Positions 35,299-46,256 of a stretch of DNA of 64,000 nt are shown here, in pieces. Source of the stretch: the human T2T-CHM13v2.0 reference genome, Homo sapiens; the NCBI RefSeq assembly GCF_009914755.1, contig NC_060927.1, one strand, 5' to 3'. The position numbers and the translations under genes are program-made. Within the stretch, counting starts at the first letter, position 1; each line of letters opens with the position of its first letter. The notes beneath the pieces are model-generated. The model saw only the letters and a program-made list of their open reading frames with translations, had not been told where the DNA came from and did not search any database.

Positions 35299-36419
35299 TT
35301 AAAAAGAACAAATTTTTGGTTTCATTGATACTACTGATTTTCTGTTTTTAATTTCATTGATTTCTGCTTTGCAGAATAAAAAATATACATTTTTTCTGCT
35401 TACTTTAGATTTAATATGCTCTTCTTTTTCTAGTTTTCTAAAGTAGAAGCTTAGATGATTGCTTCTAGATCTTCTTTTCTCTTCTGATACATGTGTTCAG
35501 TGCTATAAATTTCCTTGTAAGCTTTGCTTTTGCTACATCCCACACCTTTTGATAGGCTGTGTTTTCATTTTAATTTTTAAAAAAATTATCTTGAGAATTC
35601 TTTTAAAAGTATGTTGTCTAATCTCCAAATATTTTGGGATTTTTTTCAGCTATCTTTTTTGTTATTGATTTCCAGTTTAATTTCATTGTGGTCTGAGAGC
35701 AGACACCGTATGATTTCCATTCTTTTAAGTTTGTGAAGATGTGTTTTAGGGCCCCTGATGTGGTCTATCTTGAATGTTCCAAGCAAGCATCTTTACATGC
35801 TTAAGAAGAATGTGTATTCTTCTCTTTATGGATGAAGTATTCTATAAATGTAAATTAGATCCAATTGATGGTATTGTTCATTTCAACTGTATTCTTACCA
35901 GTACTTTGCCTCCTGAGTCTGTCAGTTACTGATACAGGGGCATTTAAGTCTTTAACTATAATAGCTAGTTCATCTGTTTCTCCTTGCAGTTCTATCAGTC
36001 TTTGTTTCATGTATTTTAACGCTGTGCTGTTAGATGCATACTACATTAAGGATTGCTTTGTCTTCTTAGAGAATTAACCTCTTTATCATTAAGTAATGCC
36101 TGCCTATCTTATTCCTTGATAATTTTCCCTGCTCTGAAGTCTGTTTTGCCTGAAATTAAACCAACTACCCTCACTTTCTTTTGATTAATGTTAGCATGGT
36201 ATATCTTCTTCATCCCTTTACTTTTAATATATCTGTGTCTTTATGTTTAAAGTGGGCTTCTTATGGACAAAATATAGTTAGGTCTTGTATTTTAATCTAC
36301 TCTGCCAGCCTCTGTCTTTTGATTGATGTATTTATTCCATGCTCATTCAAGGTGATTATTGATATAGTTGGATTTATATGTACCATATTTGTAACAGTTT
36401 TCTATTCACTACCCCAGGT

Positions 36420-36600
36420 CCGTCCATCTTCCTTCCTTCCTATCTTCCTTCCTTCCTATCTTCCTTCCTTCCTATCTTCCTTCCTTCCTTCCTTCCTTCC
36501 TTCCTTCCTTCCTTCCTTCCTTTCTCTCTCTTTCTTTTCTTTTCATTCCTTTCTTTCTTTCTCTTTTTCTTTCCTTATTTCTTTCTTTTTTTCTTCTACT
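36420..36600 (+). repeat. (CTTC)n / CT-rich polypyrimidine tract
   Basis: Direct reading. Confidence 0.95.
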
Positions 36601-36801
36601 CTTTTTCTGCCTTCTCTAGTTTTAATTGAACATGTTATGTGACTTAATTTTCTCTCCTCTCTTAGCATATAAATTATGCTTCCTTTTACAGTTATTTTAG
36701 TAGTTGCCTTAAAGTTTGCTGTATGCATTTACAACTAATTTAAGTCCACTTCAAATAACCTTACACTACTTCATCTGTAGTGCAGGTATCTTATAACTGA
36801 G

Positions 36802-37199
36802 TGTCTTGGCCATTTGTGCTGCTACAACAGAATACCTGAGACTTTATAAATTCTTCTTAATTTATAAAGAAAAGAAATTTATTTTCTCACAGTTCTGGAG
36901 GCTGGAAAGCCCAAGATCAAGGTGCTGGCATGTTTAGTGTGTGGTGTAGGCTGCTCTGCTTCCAATATGATGCACTGATACTGTATCCTCTTGAAGGGAA
37001 GAGTGTTGTTTCCTCACCTGGTAGAAGATAGAATGGAAAAAGGGACAGACTTTCTCTGTCAATCCCTGTTATAAGGACATCTAATCCCATTCATGAGGGA
37101 GGAGCCCTCATGGCCTATTCATCTCTTAATGACCACACCACTTATTACTGTCACATTGGAACACCTAAAATTTGGAGGGAACACATTCAAATCATAGCA
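36802..37199 (-). mobile_element. MST/MLT1A-type LTR
   Basis: tgtcttggccatttgtgctgct...ctcacagttctggaggctgg...cacattcaaatcatagca; TSD ctgag/cagag. Confidence 0.85.
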
Positions 37200-37373
37200 C
37201 AGAGTATTCCACATTCCTCCCTCCGGTTTCTTATAACACTGCTATTATTCATTTCACTTATCCATAGACAGTAATTTATTACTATTATTATTTTGAACAA
37301 GCTGTTATATGTTAGATTAGTTAAGAATAACAAAATATTTTATGTACCTTCATTTATTCTTGCTCTAACACTA

Positions 37374-37685
37374 TTTTTTTTTTTTTTGGTAAGACAGGGT
37401 CTCACTCTGTCACCCAGGCTAGAGTACATTGGCACAATCATGACTCACTGCAGCCTCAACCTCCCAGGCTCTGGTGATCCTCCTCGTTCAGCCTCCTAAG
37501 TAGCTGGGACTACAGGCGGGTGCTGCCGCAACCGACTAATTTGCCTGACTAATTTTTTTTTTTTTTGTAGAGACAGAGTTTCACCATGTTGCCTAGGGTG
37601 GTCTTGAACTCCTGGGCTCAAGCAATCCTCCTGCCTTGGTTTCCCAAAGTTCTGGGATTACAAGTGTGAGCCACTGTGCCTGGCC
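37374..37685 (-). mobile_element. AluJ
   Basis: cactgcagcctcaacctcccaggctc; gaactcctgggctcaagcaatcctcc. Confidence 0.9.
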
Positions 37686-38589
37686 AAACATTCTTCCTGT
37701 CTTAATGCAGATGAGAATTTCTAAACTATATCATTTTGCTTCTCTCTTAAGAACTTTTAACAATTCTTGCAAGGCAAGTCTACTGGCAACAGATTCCTTC
37801 ATTTTTGTTTGCCTGAGAAGGTCTTTATTTCTCCTTTACTTGTGAAGGGTAATTTCATGGGATACAGAATTCTAGGTTGATGGTTCTTTCTTTGAACACT
37901 TTTTAAGTGGTTCACTCCATTCTCTTCTTGCCTGGATGGCTTCTGAAGAGAAGTCTGATGTAATCCTTATCCCTGTTCCCCTACAGGTAAGATTCTCCCA
38001 CCCTCTTTCTGGTTTCTTTCAAGATTTTCTCTTTTTCTTTGATTTTATACAGTTTGAATATGATATGTGTAGATGTAAATCTTCGTAATATTCATTGTGT
38101 TCAGTGTTCTCTCAACTTCCTTGATCTGTAGCTTGATTTTTGTCATTAATTTTGGAAAATACTCAGCCATTATTATTTCAAATATTTCAGTTTCCATTCT
38201 TCTCAGTCTGGTGTCCCATTACACATATGTTACACGTTTTGTGATTATCTCACAATTCTTGGATATTCTGTTCCCTTTCTATTTTCTCTTCTTTTTGCAT
38301 TTCTTTTTGGGGAGTTTCTTTTGACACATCTTCATCCTCTGCAATTATTTCCTTGGCTGTGTTCAGTCTACTAATGAACCAGCAAAGGTATTCTTCATTT
38401 CTGTTACAATGTTTTTGATTTCTAGCATTTCACATTGATTCTTTCATAGAATATCCACCTCTCTGCTTATATTACCCATCTGTTCTTACATGTCCGCTTT
38501 TTCCATTAGCCTCTAGAGCATATTAATTGTAGTTATTTTAAGGTTCTGCTCTGTTAATTCCACCCACACCTGCCATTGGCCATCTGATA

Positions 38590-38840
38590 CAGTAGATTTA
38601 AGGACAGACTCAAGATAGATGGCCTGTATTTGAATTCTGGCTTTCCTTATCAGCTGTGTAATTTTTTGCAGGATGCATACATTCTCTATTCCTAAGTGTC
38701 CTCATTTGTGAAGTAGGAATACTCATAAAATCCACCTCATAACATTGTTAGGAGAATCAGATGAGTTAACACATGAAAAGCACTTAGAGTGATTTCTGAC
38801 ACAAAGTAAGCCTTCTGTATATGTGAGATGATGATATAGC
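38590..38840 (+). mobile_element. MIR
   Basis: tttgaattctggct...cctcatttgtgaagtagga...gttaacacatgaaaagcacttagag. Confidence 0.7.
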
Positions 38841-39457
38841 CATTTGTAAATCATGCCAGCACACTCCCATCTGAGGGCTTTTCCCTTGCTGTTCTTTCTC
38901 GGATGTTTCCCTGATGCCCACACCACTGGATTTCTCCCCTCATTTAATCTCTATTTGAGTGTTGCCATCGCAGTGAGACCTTCTCAAACACCATGTATAA
39001 ACACACAGTCCTTCTGAAGCTGCTAATCCCTTTACCCTGCTGTATTATTTTTCCATAGCAAGCATGATGATCTGACGTATATTTGCCTGTTATTTTTTGC
39101 TGATTTTCAGCCTCCTTCAACTTAATATAGGCTACATAAAGTCAGGGTCTCTCTTCAAAATTTAAAGAATTAAAATGTTTCTAGGGCAGTTTTCTCTATA
39201 TGCACATAAGAAAGTACTGCGTTGCCCCTTAACATTTATGTTTTCTGGGAGTATTTAGTGACATTGGAAACTATTTATATAATGCTATCTCACCCATGCA
39301 AAAGCAGCCATGGACAGTACATAAGACATAAAAAGATTATGTGAGCAGATCAGGGTCCACAGTGTAAGGGATGGCACATGGCCTGTGCCCAGGTCTAAGT
39401 GAGTTCACAGCCCTCTTCCCTAAGCCACATGTAATGTTTTTTGACTTTGTCTTTCAG

Positions 39458-39620
39458 TATGAATACTTCAATGCTGTGCTGATAAATGAAAGGGACAAAG
39501 ACGGGAATTTTTTGGAGCTGGGAAAGGAATTCATCTTAGCCCCAAATGACCATTTTAATAATTTGCCTGTGAACATCAGTCTAAGTGACGTCCAAGTACC
39601 AACGAACATGTACAACAAAG
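39458..39620 (+). CDS. CACNA2D3: Internal coding exon (exon 5 by recalled numbering) of the voltage-dependent calcium channel subunit alpha-2/delta-3; extracellular N-terminal region before the VWA domain
   Basis: Acceptor ttgactttgtctttcAG (AG at 39456-57) and donor AAG|GTAAGA (GT at 39621). 163 bp, phase 0 to phase 1. Encodes YEYFNAVLINERDKDGNFLELGKEFILAPNDHFNNLPVNISLSDVQVPTNMYNK(D), which I recognise as alpha2delta-3. Contains an N-glycosylation sequon NIS. Confidence 0.96.
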
Positions 39621-39857
39621 GTAAGACTCCCAGCCACTGCTCCTTTTAGAAGGTGAAGAATCAGGGGGTTGAGAAGCAGGGGCTGGCTGGTTTGGGATAT
39701 AGTTTTGGTTTGTTTCATTTTTTTTGAAAAGCACAGTTATAAGCTGAGTGTGTCAGGTATCAACTGGATAGGTGAAGCATGTACCTGTTCTGCCTGGAGC
39801 TTCTGGGCTTGCTGTTTCTCTGGCTGGTTGTTTACATCAGGCTCTCTAACATGTAGA

Positions 39858-40050
39858 ATAGGGGTTGGCAGTTTCTATAAAGGACCAGATAGTAAATATC
39901 TTAGGCTTTGCCAGCCATAGAGTCTCTGTTGCAACTACTCACTTCTGCTGTTCAGGCACAAAAGCAGCCAAATGGCTGTGTTCCAGTGAAATTTATCTAC
40001 AAAAAGAGATGGCTGGATGTAACCTGCAGGCTGTAGTCTTCTGACCCCTG
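39858..40050 (+). mobile_element. MER58A, opposite orientation to the upstream copies
   Basis: aggggttggcagtttctataaaggaccagatagtaaatatcttaggctttg...ggctgtgttccagt...ctgacccctg. Confidence 0.8.
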
Positions 40051-40289
40051 ATGTGGTACCTTTGTTTTCTTCTTCCAGTTTGTGGAATGGCATTTAAGGG
40101 CTGGAGAGCTCCTAGGGGTGCAATGGAAACAGCTGGGGTCTTTTCTTAGAGTATAAAGCAGCATGGACCTTAACAGAATTCCTTATTTCCAGGCTTGTGT
40201 GCCTCAAATCCAGTCTTCACATAAACTCTAGAGTTTATTTTTCCCTAAGTTCCCATCTGCCAATTCCAGTTGGAATTATAGTGGCCAAG

Positions 40290-40920
40290 GACTGGGCTCT
40301 GACATCGGATGGATTCTGGTCAGACCGTGTTCTACTTCTTTCTGGCTGTGACCTTGGGCACGTCACCTCATCTTTTTAGGTCTGAATTTTCTCATCTTAT
40401 GATGTGAATAATAATCATATCTACCTCCTGGGGGTGGTTTTGAGGGCTAAATGGAATGATGTTTATAAAGGGTTTAAGTTGTTTTCAGCATCTTTATCCT
40501 ATTGCTATCGAGTAGTAGTTTGCTCTGCTTGGTCATACCTAAAAAACTTCTAAACAAAGAACTATCCTCCTAGAAAAATAAGCCAGAAAGTCATGGAATC
40601 TTCAAAGTAAAAAATGTGCCACATTGTCTCCCATCAAGGTTTCAAAGATATCAGGGGCCAGTTTCCAAATCATATACAAGAGCTCAGTAGTCAAGAGCAA
40701 GGGCTATGGGTTTAAGTCCTGATCTTCCTCTTGTAGGCTGTGTGATCTTAAGCAAGCAACTTTGCCTTTCTGAGGCTCAGTTTCCCTATTTGTGAAATAG
40801 GGATAATGATGCTGCCTCTGTCAGAGGGTTAGTGAGAGGATATGAAATGATGTGTGTGTAGCCCTTAATACAACAGTACCATACAGAAAGTGCGCAGTGC
40901 ATTTTAGCTGCCGTTGTTTT
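40290..40920 (+). mobile_element. Two MIR remnants (~40290-40500 and ~40680-40920)
   Basis: ggctgtgaccttgggca...tttctcatct; ctgtgtgatcttaagcaag...ctcagtttccctatttgtgaaatagggataat. Confidence 0.7.
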
Positions 40921-43917
40921 TATTGGAAAATAACGTGAATACAAATTGCACTTCTGAAATGTTCTAAGTCACTATTTAAGGGGCTTGGTCAGTGATTAAA
41001 GATATTCCAACTAACTGTCTCTGAAACATTTTTCTTACGCGTGTTGGATATTAGGTATAGTTGGATACCTAATGTCTCTTTTTCCTGGTTTACCTGTTAT
41101 CCATCCTTAAGAGTCAGTGGAGGCAGTACCCCATTCATTAACTGTTCTGATAGTTACTGGGGATTCCGAGGTGAATCAGATGCAGCCCCTCCCTCAAGAG
41201 GTTCACAGTTCATATAGGGAACAGATAATGAGATAATTAGAACACCATGTATCACATATTGGCCACAGTGTGGACAGCCAGGGGACAGTGGGAGTGCCAA
41301 GGATGGGACCTGTCTACTTCTTCACATGGGCAGGGCCACAGTTCATCTTTTTTTCTTTTTTCCTCTTAGAGAAAGTGATGTGAATCTAAACAAATCCTAG
41401 AGGGCTCTGGACTGGGCCATATCCTCTACCCTACTCTTTACTTTGGGCTCTTCCTTAGAAACAAATGGAACCAAGACATAGAGGGCTGAGCTCAGCTTCA
41501 TTTAGTGGAGTTTAGTTCTCTAGAATGATCCTGTCAGCAGATGAAATCCTAAATGAAACTGCCCCTTTTTGTGCGATGTGGCCAAAAGAAAGCCATCTTC
41601 TTGGCATTCAATATATTCCCAACTGAAGATGAAAAATTAACATGATTTTACAGAGCAATTTCAGACATAAAACAATTCAGAATGATCTTTTAAAATATGA
41701 CAGCTGCTTCAAGGTTTCTTGAGCCATTAACACCATTATAGAGATTTAATTGCACCTCTAGCTTTAAAGGCATAATTGTGCCTTTTAATGGTAGTAACAC
41801 GTAAGGGACCCACACCACCACTGATCACCCAGGCTATAGAATCATGCTTGTAATGATTCCTAGACAGAATCTTCAGAGATAGTCAGATTTTTTGAGCCGT
41901 TGGATGTAGCTAATGATATTCAAAGTCATCCTCAGCAGCCCTCCTGGGATCTGCCCATCACCTCTGCCCAGTCCATTGTCACCCAGCCAGGCTGTGGGGC
42001 ATGGACCAGGGTCAGCCAGGTGTTCTGTCTTGTCTCAGCCAGGCAGTGAATCACTGCCCAAGGGCAGAGGAGAGGCAGGGACTTCAGGCAAATTCCTGTC
42101 TCCACTCTACCTAATTCAAACCAGCCCCTAACAGCCTTTTTTTTTTGTTTTCCTTTTCAAGCTGCAGGAATATATTTTATGTTTAGAAGGCCCTCCAGCT
42201 CAGATCTAGTTATTGATGACGTACTCAAAACAAATGCTCAGAGATTGGTCACTGGCTGTGCTGTTTTTGGGTTGGAAATCTTACCCCCAGCGAAGAAAAC
42301 CAATACAAGGTCATTCTCTCCTAGCTGCTTGGACTTCTGTGGGCATATACCAAAGTGGTTTGATACTTGCCTAGGAGCTTCTGTGATCTATGTTCTGGGG
42401 TATAATTTTTAGTTCTAGATGAAACTAGCTGGTAAACTCTACCTGCTTTCTACAATCTGCTTTCTGCCTCCGTGGGCAGGCCTGGCAACTGGGCTGCTCA
42501 GCCGGGTTTGTGCTTTCCTCTCTGGCTGAGGTGCCTTTCTCTTGAGCACTGAAAGAGACTGCAGCTTCAAAGTTGGTGATGTGGGCAAGCTGTGCCCATG
42601 GGAACTCAAAGAGGCATATTCATTGAGTGTTTAGAAATGCATCTCAGGGCCCTCAGGTTGCCTGATGCAGCAGCTTTTTTCATGAAACTCCTTCAGCAGA
42701 TGTTTGCTGAGTGGCTGCTCTGGCATCCCCAGCTTGTGAGTCTTACTATTTCGGAGACTTTGAAGATGAATGGCTGATACCTTTAGAGCCGTAAATGACT
42801 CCATATCCTCTATGAGTAAAGCAAGAGGCAGGATGCTTTTGCAAGAACTGCTGATGATCTGGCAGAGAATTCAGATAAAGCTGAACTCTTTTAAGGACTT
42901 TCTCAACTGAAGTGCTGTAAAGTTTATACGTATATATACACATTATATATACACACATATATATATACATACACACACATATACAGTACATATACACATA
43001 CACCTTATATGTATGTGCATGTTTCTGTCTATGGGCAGGTCTGTTCATGTGTGTTTGTAAATATGTGAATGTGTGTGAAAGAAAATGCTGTGCTCTCAAC
43101 CTATTCCTTCATTTCCATTTTCCACCTCTGTCCACCCGGGTGAGACCCTGCTTTTGTTCACTGAACACACCTTCCTTTTTCTTCCATTGTAGTTTATTTC
43201 ACTGTTTTTATTCCTATTATCCCTGTCCCTCCTTTCCTGCTTGTCCTAATGCCTATTCTTAGAAACCAGCTCAAATATAACCTCCTTGATTCTTTTTGTC
43301 TTGTGTGATGGAAGTGACTTTTGTTTATTCCTCTGCTCTAGCATTGCTCTGTTCTGTGAATGCAGAGCATGCAGTCTTTCCTTCTCTACTTTAGGTTCTC
43401 TGAGGGCAGAGGACCCTGCAGATGCAGCCTTGTGCCCCCTTTACCCCTGCCCATGCTCTTTACAGATGAGTTTTTCCCAGATGTTGGTTGGTGTGGAAGA
43501 CACTGACACCTGTGCCTCCTGGGCTATGAGATGTCATCCAGGGCTGTGGTGTTTTCATGGTTCTTATAAGCAACAGAAACAGAACCTGGCTGATAGCAAA
43601 GAAACTTTTTGAGAGGAGACTGGGTGGCCCACAGACTCTTCAGGAAAGCTAAAGAATAAGGCCTGGAAATGTCTGGGAATGGAGGGAGGCTGGGGCCAGA
43701 GTCACACCCAGAGTCACACCCAGATCCAACCTGACAAGGACCCACTGACCCCAGGGTTGCCCTACTCTCACATCTGTAACTGCATACAATACCTGTGCCT
43801 CGTTTTCCTCATCCCTAAGCTGGAGATGACAATCATAGTGAGTTGCCTCGGGGGATGTGCTGAGGATTGAACACTTAGAGGGGTGGATGGCACATGGTGT
43901 CCATCCAGGACTCAAGT

Positions 43918-44015
43918 GCTGTGGTCTGAATGTTTGTGTCCTTCCAAAATTTGTATGTTGAAACCTAATCACCCAGGTGATGGCATTAAAAGGGGAGCCT
44001 TTAGCAGGTGAGTAG
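43918..44015 (+). mobile_element. 5' fragment of an MLT1A/MST LTR
   Basis: tgctgtggtctgaatgtttgtgtccttccaaaatttgtatgttgaaacctaatc. Confidence 0.7.
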
Positions 44016-45244
44016 GTACTGTAACTCCAAGACTGAGGGAGCTTGTTGTCCAAGGGGGCTGTGGAGTGGGGCAAGTTGGGCAGATCCCAGCCAAAGTGGC
44101 AGCAGCAGTGGGAACAACTGCTCCTTTGTGGAAGTCAGAAAGGCAGTTATGGAGCCTGGAAGGACTGGCCAGGTGGTGAGAGGCTGTGGGAGCCATCAGG
44201 AGGTCATGAACATGATGGTGACAGGTGAAATATGGCTGACAGCTTTGCCAGGAAGAGAGCCACTGAAGAATACTAGTTCCCACTCACACTGAAGAAGAGG
44301 GAGAGGGAGGAGGTGTTCAGGGCCTGGTTTGGAGAAAATCCAGAGAAGAACAGCACATGGGCCAAGACTGGATGGATAAGGTGAGAGCCCTTGGGCCTGG
44401 GGCCCTAGAGAGCAAGATCCAGTGAGCATATCAGCCCCATGAAGGCGGGAACCCCAGCAGGATACCCAGCACATGGTAGATGCTCAATAAATACTTATTG
44501 CAAGGTAAGGGAATGAATATAGATTACAATCAAAACACTGTTTTCACTTTGTTCTTGCACAGAGGAAGAAAAAACATAGGAAGTAACCCAATCTCAATTC
44601 CTCTTCTTCCCCCAGTAACGGAGGACATCCGGGAGAAGTAGGCTGAAGTGGCAGAGGTGAAGGGGAGGTGTGAATTGCAGGACACAGGCTAGACCACGCT
44701 TTCATCCTCTAGACTTCCCCAGCAGGGCACCCAGTCGGGCTGGGAAAACTGGGCTGCAAAGCTACATTGTGCTCAGGGTCCAGCCCCTGAAAATGAAAAG
44801 AGCTCCAGGAAAGGGAAGACCTGTAACCACCACTGCAGAGCATGAGAAATCAGTCTGTCTGTTACAGTCCAATAGGTTCTTCTAAAAAGCCCAAGAAAAG
44901 GGCAGAAGTCTGATGAGATGGCATTGGGTCCCCTGCTTAGGAGCAGAGTATGCAGGCTGCTGGAGGGATGGGCAGGGTTGCTGAATTTGGATTTGTCAGA
45001 TGTCTCAACCTATTTTTCAAATGTTGAGCTTGATAAAACACAAAATGCATTTTGCCAGGCACTTTTCCCCTTAATTACATGTGTATATTTTAAGGAAAAT
45101 TTAATCCATATGTTTCTGATTCGTTTACACGGAAATCATTAAAATATTGTTTTCCAAGAGCTATTTGATGTGCAAGAAGGCTCACAAACCTTATAAAAAG
45201 CTGTTTAAAATTTTTTCCTTTCCCTTTGTTTCTTTTCCCTTCAC

Positions 45245-45296
45245 GTGTGTGTGTGTTTGTGTGTGTGTGTGTGTTTGAGAGAGAGGGAGAGAGAGC
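45245..45296 (+). repeat. (TG)n(GA)n compound microsatellite
   Basis: Direct reading. Confidence 0.9.
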
Positions 45297-46019
45297 ACAC
45301 GCACATAAGTGAACAAGAGTGACTGACCCCAGGATGTCAGAAACAAATTCCAACTTGAAATGGATTTTCTTCTCAGGATTCTGAACTAAAGCATTTGGAT
45401 TAGGCTCCAATCTTGCTTCCTTGTTGTCTCCCAGCCCTAATGGAATGTGATGATGATATGGCCATAACTTGGTATTGGGAGTCAAGATCAGAGGAATTAC
45501 ACCAGAGCACATTGCTCTGGACCTAGAGAAATAACACTCGAGAACCTCCTCGCACATGGTCTGTTGGTACCTACAGTCCTCAGCAAGGCCCAGGAAACTT
45601 TCCCAAGATGTAGTTTGGATTCCAGGAACCCCTATTCCAGCAATATGAGCATAATAGGACTAAGGCATTTGGTAAGAAACATACAAGATAGTGCCACTGA
45701 AGTAACTCCACAGCTGTCATCCCAAATTTACTCATAGTTTTTCTCTTCTAGTTTGGAAATTATATTTTATATGGCAAAATAACTATCCCTGACTTAAAAT
45801 TCACAAGTTGAGTGGCTGAGTTCAAGTCTATTGGCAATGCCTCCATACTTCTGCATGTGTATGTGGCACAATAGGTCTGCAGAGATGTATATGTGTGTAT
45901 GCATAGGTTTGTGTCTGTATTTTCTCAGAAGTTGTATTAGTAGAAGGAAGGTGTGATTTGGCCCTTTGTGGCTCCTCAGTCCTATGCTTAGGCTTATGTT
46001 TAGCCTGGAAGTTGCATTT

Positions 46020-46256
46020 CATGAATGAGTAGGTGGATGGATGGATAAATGGATGGATGGATGAATAGATGGATGGACACATGCATAGGTAGATGGATGG
46101 ATGAATGGATGGATGAATGGATGAAGGGTGGGTGAGTGAGTGGAGGGATGGATGGATGGATGGGTAGGTGGGGGAATGGATGGATGGATGGATGGATGAA
46201 TGGATGAATGGATGAAGGGTGGGTCGGTGAGTGGATGGATGGATGGATGAGTGGAT
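46020..46256 (+). repeat. (GGAT/GAAT)n simple repeat
   Basis: Direct reading. Confidence 0.93.

Larger units (their letters stand above)
35300..38560 (-). mobile_element. Second old L1M element (ORF2 5' part and ORF1), interrupted by a (CTTC)n tract, an MST LTR and an AluJ
   Basis: Restarts at L1 coordinates already covered by 34470-35070, so it is a separate copy; typical antisense L1M motifs. Confidence 0.75.

Noticed and set aside
39396-39404. Donor-like TAA|GTGAGT upstream of the exon
   Set aside because: Would define a 59-nt intron, below the usual human minimum, and no upstream acceptor is evident.
39371-39649. 92-aa ORF as a standalone small protein
   Set aside because: It is the CACNA2D3 exon reading frame extended into intronic sequence; canonical splice sites delimit 39458-39620.
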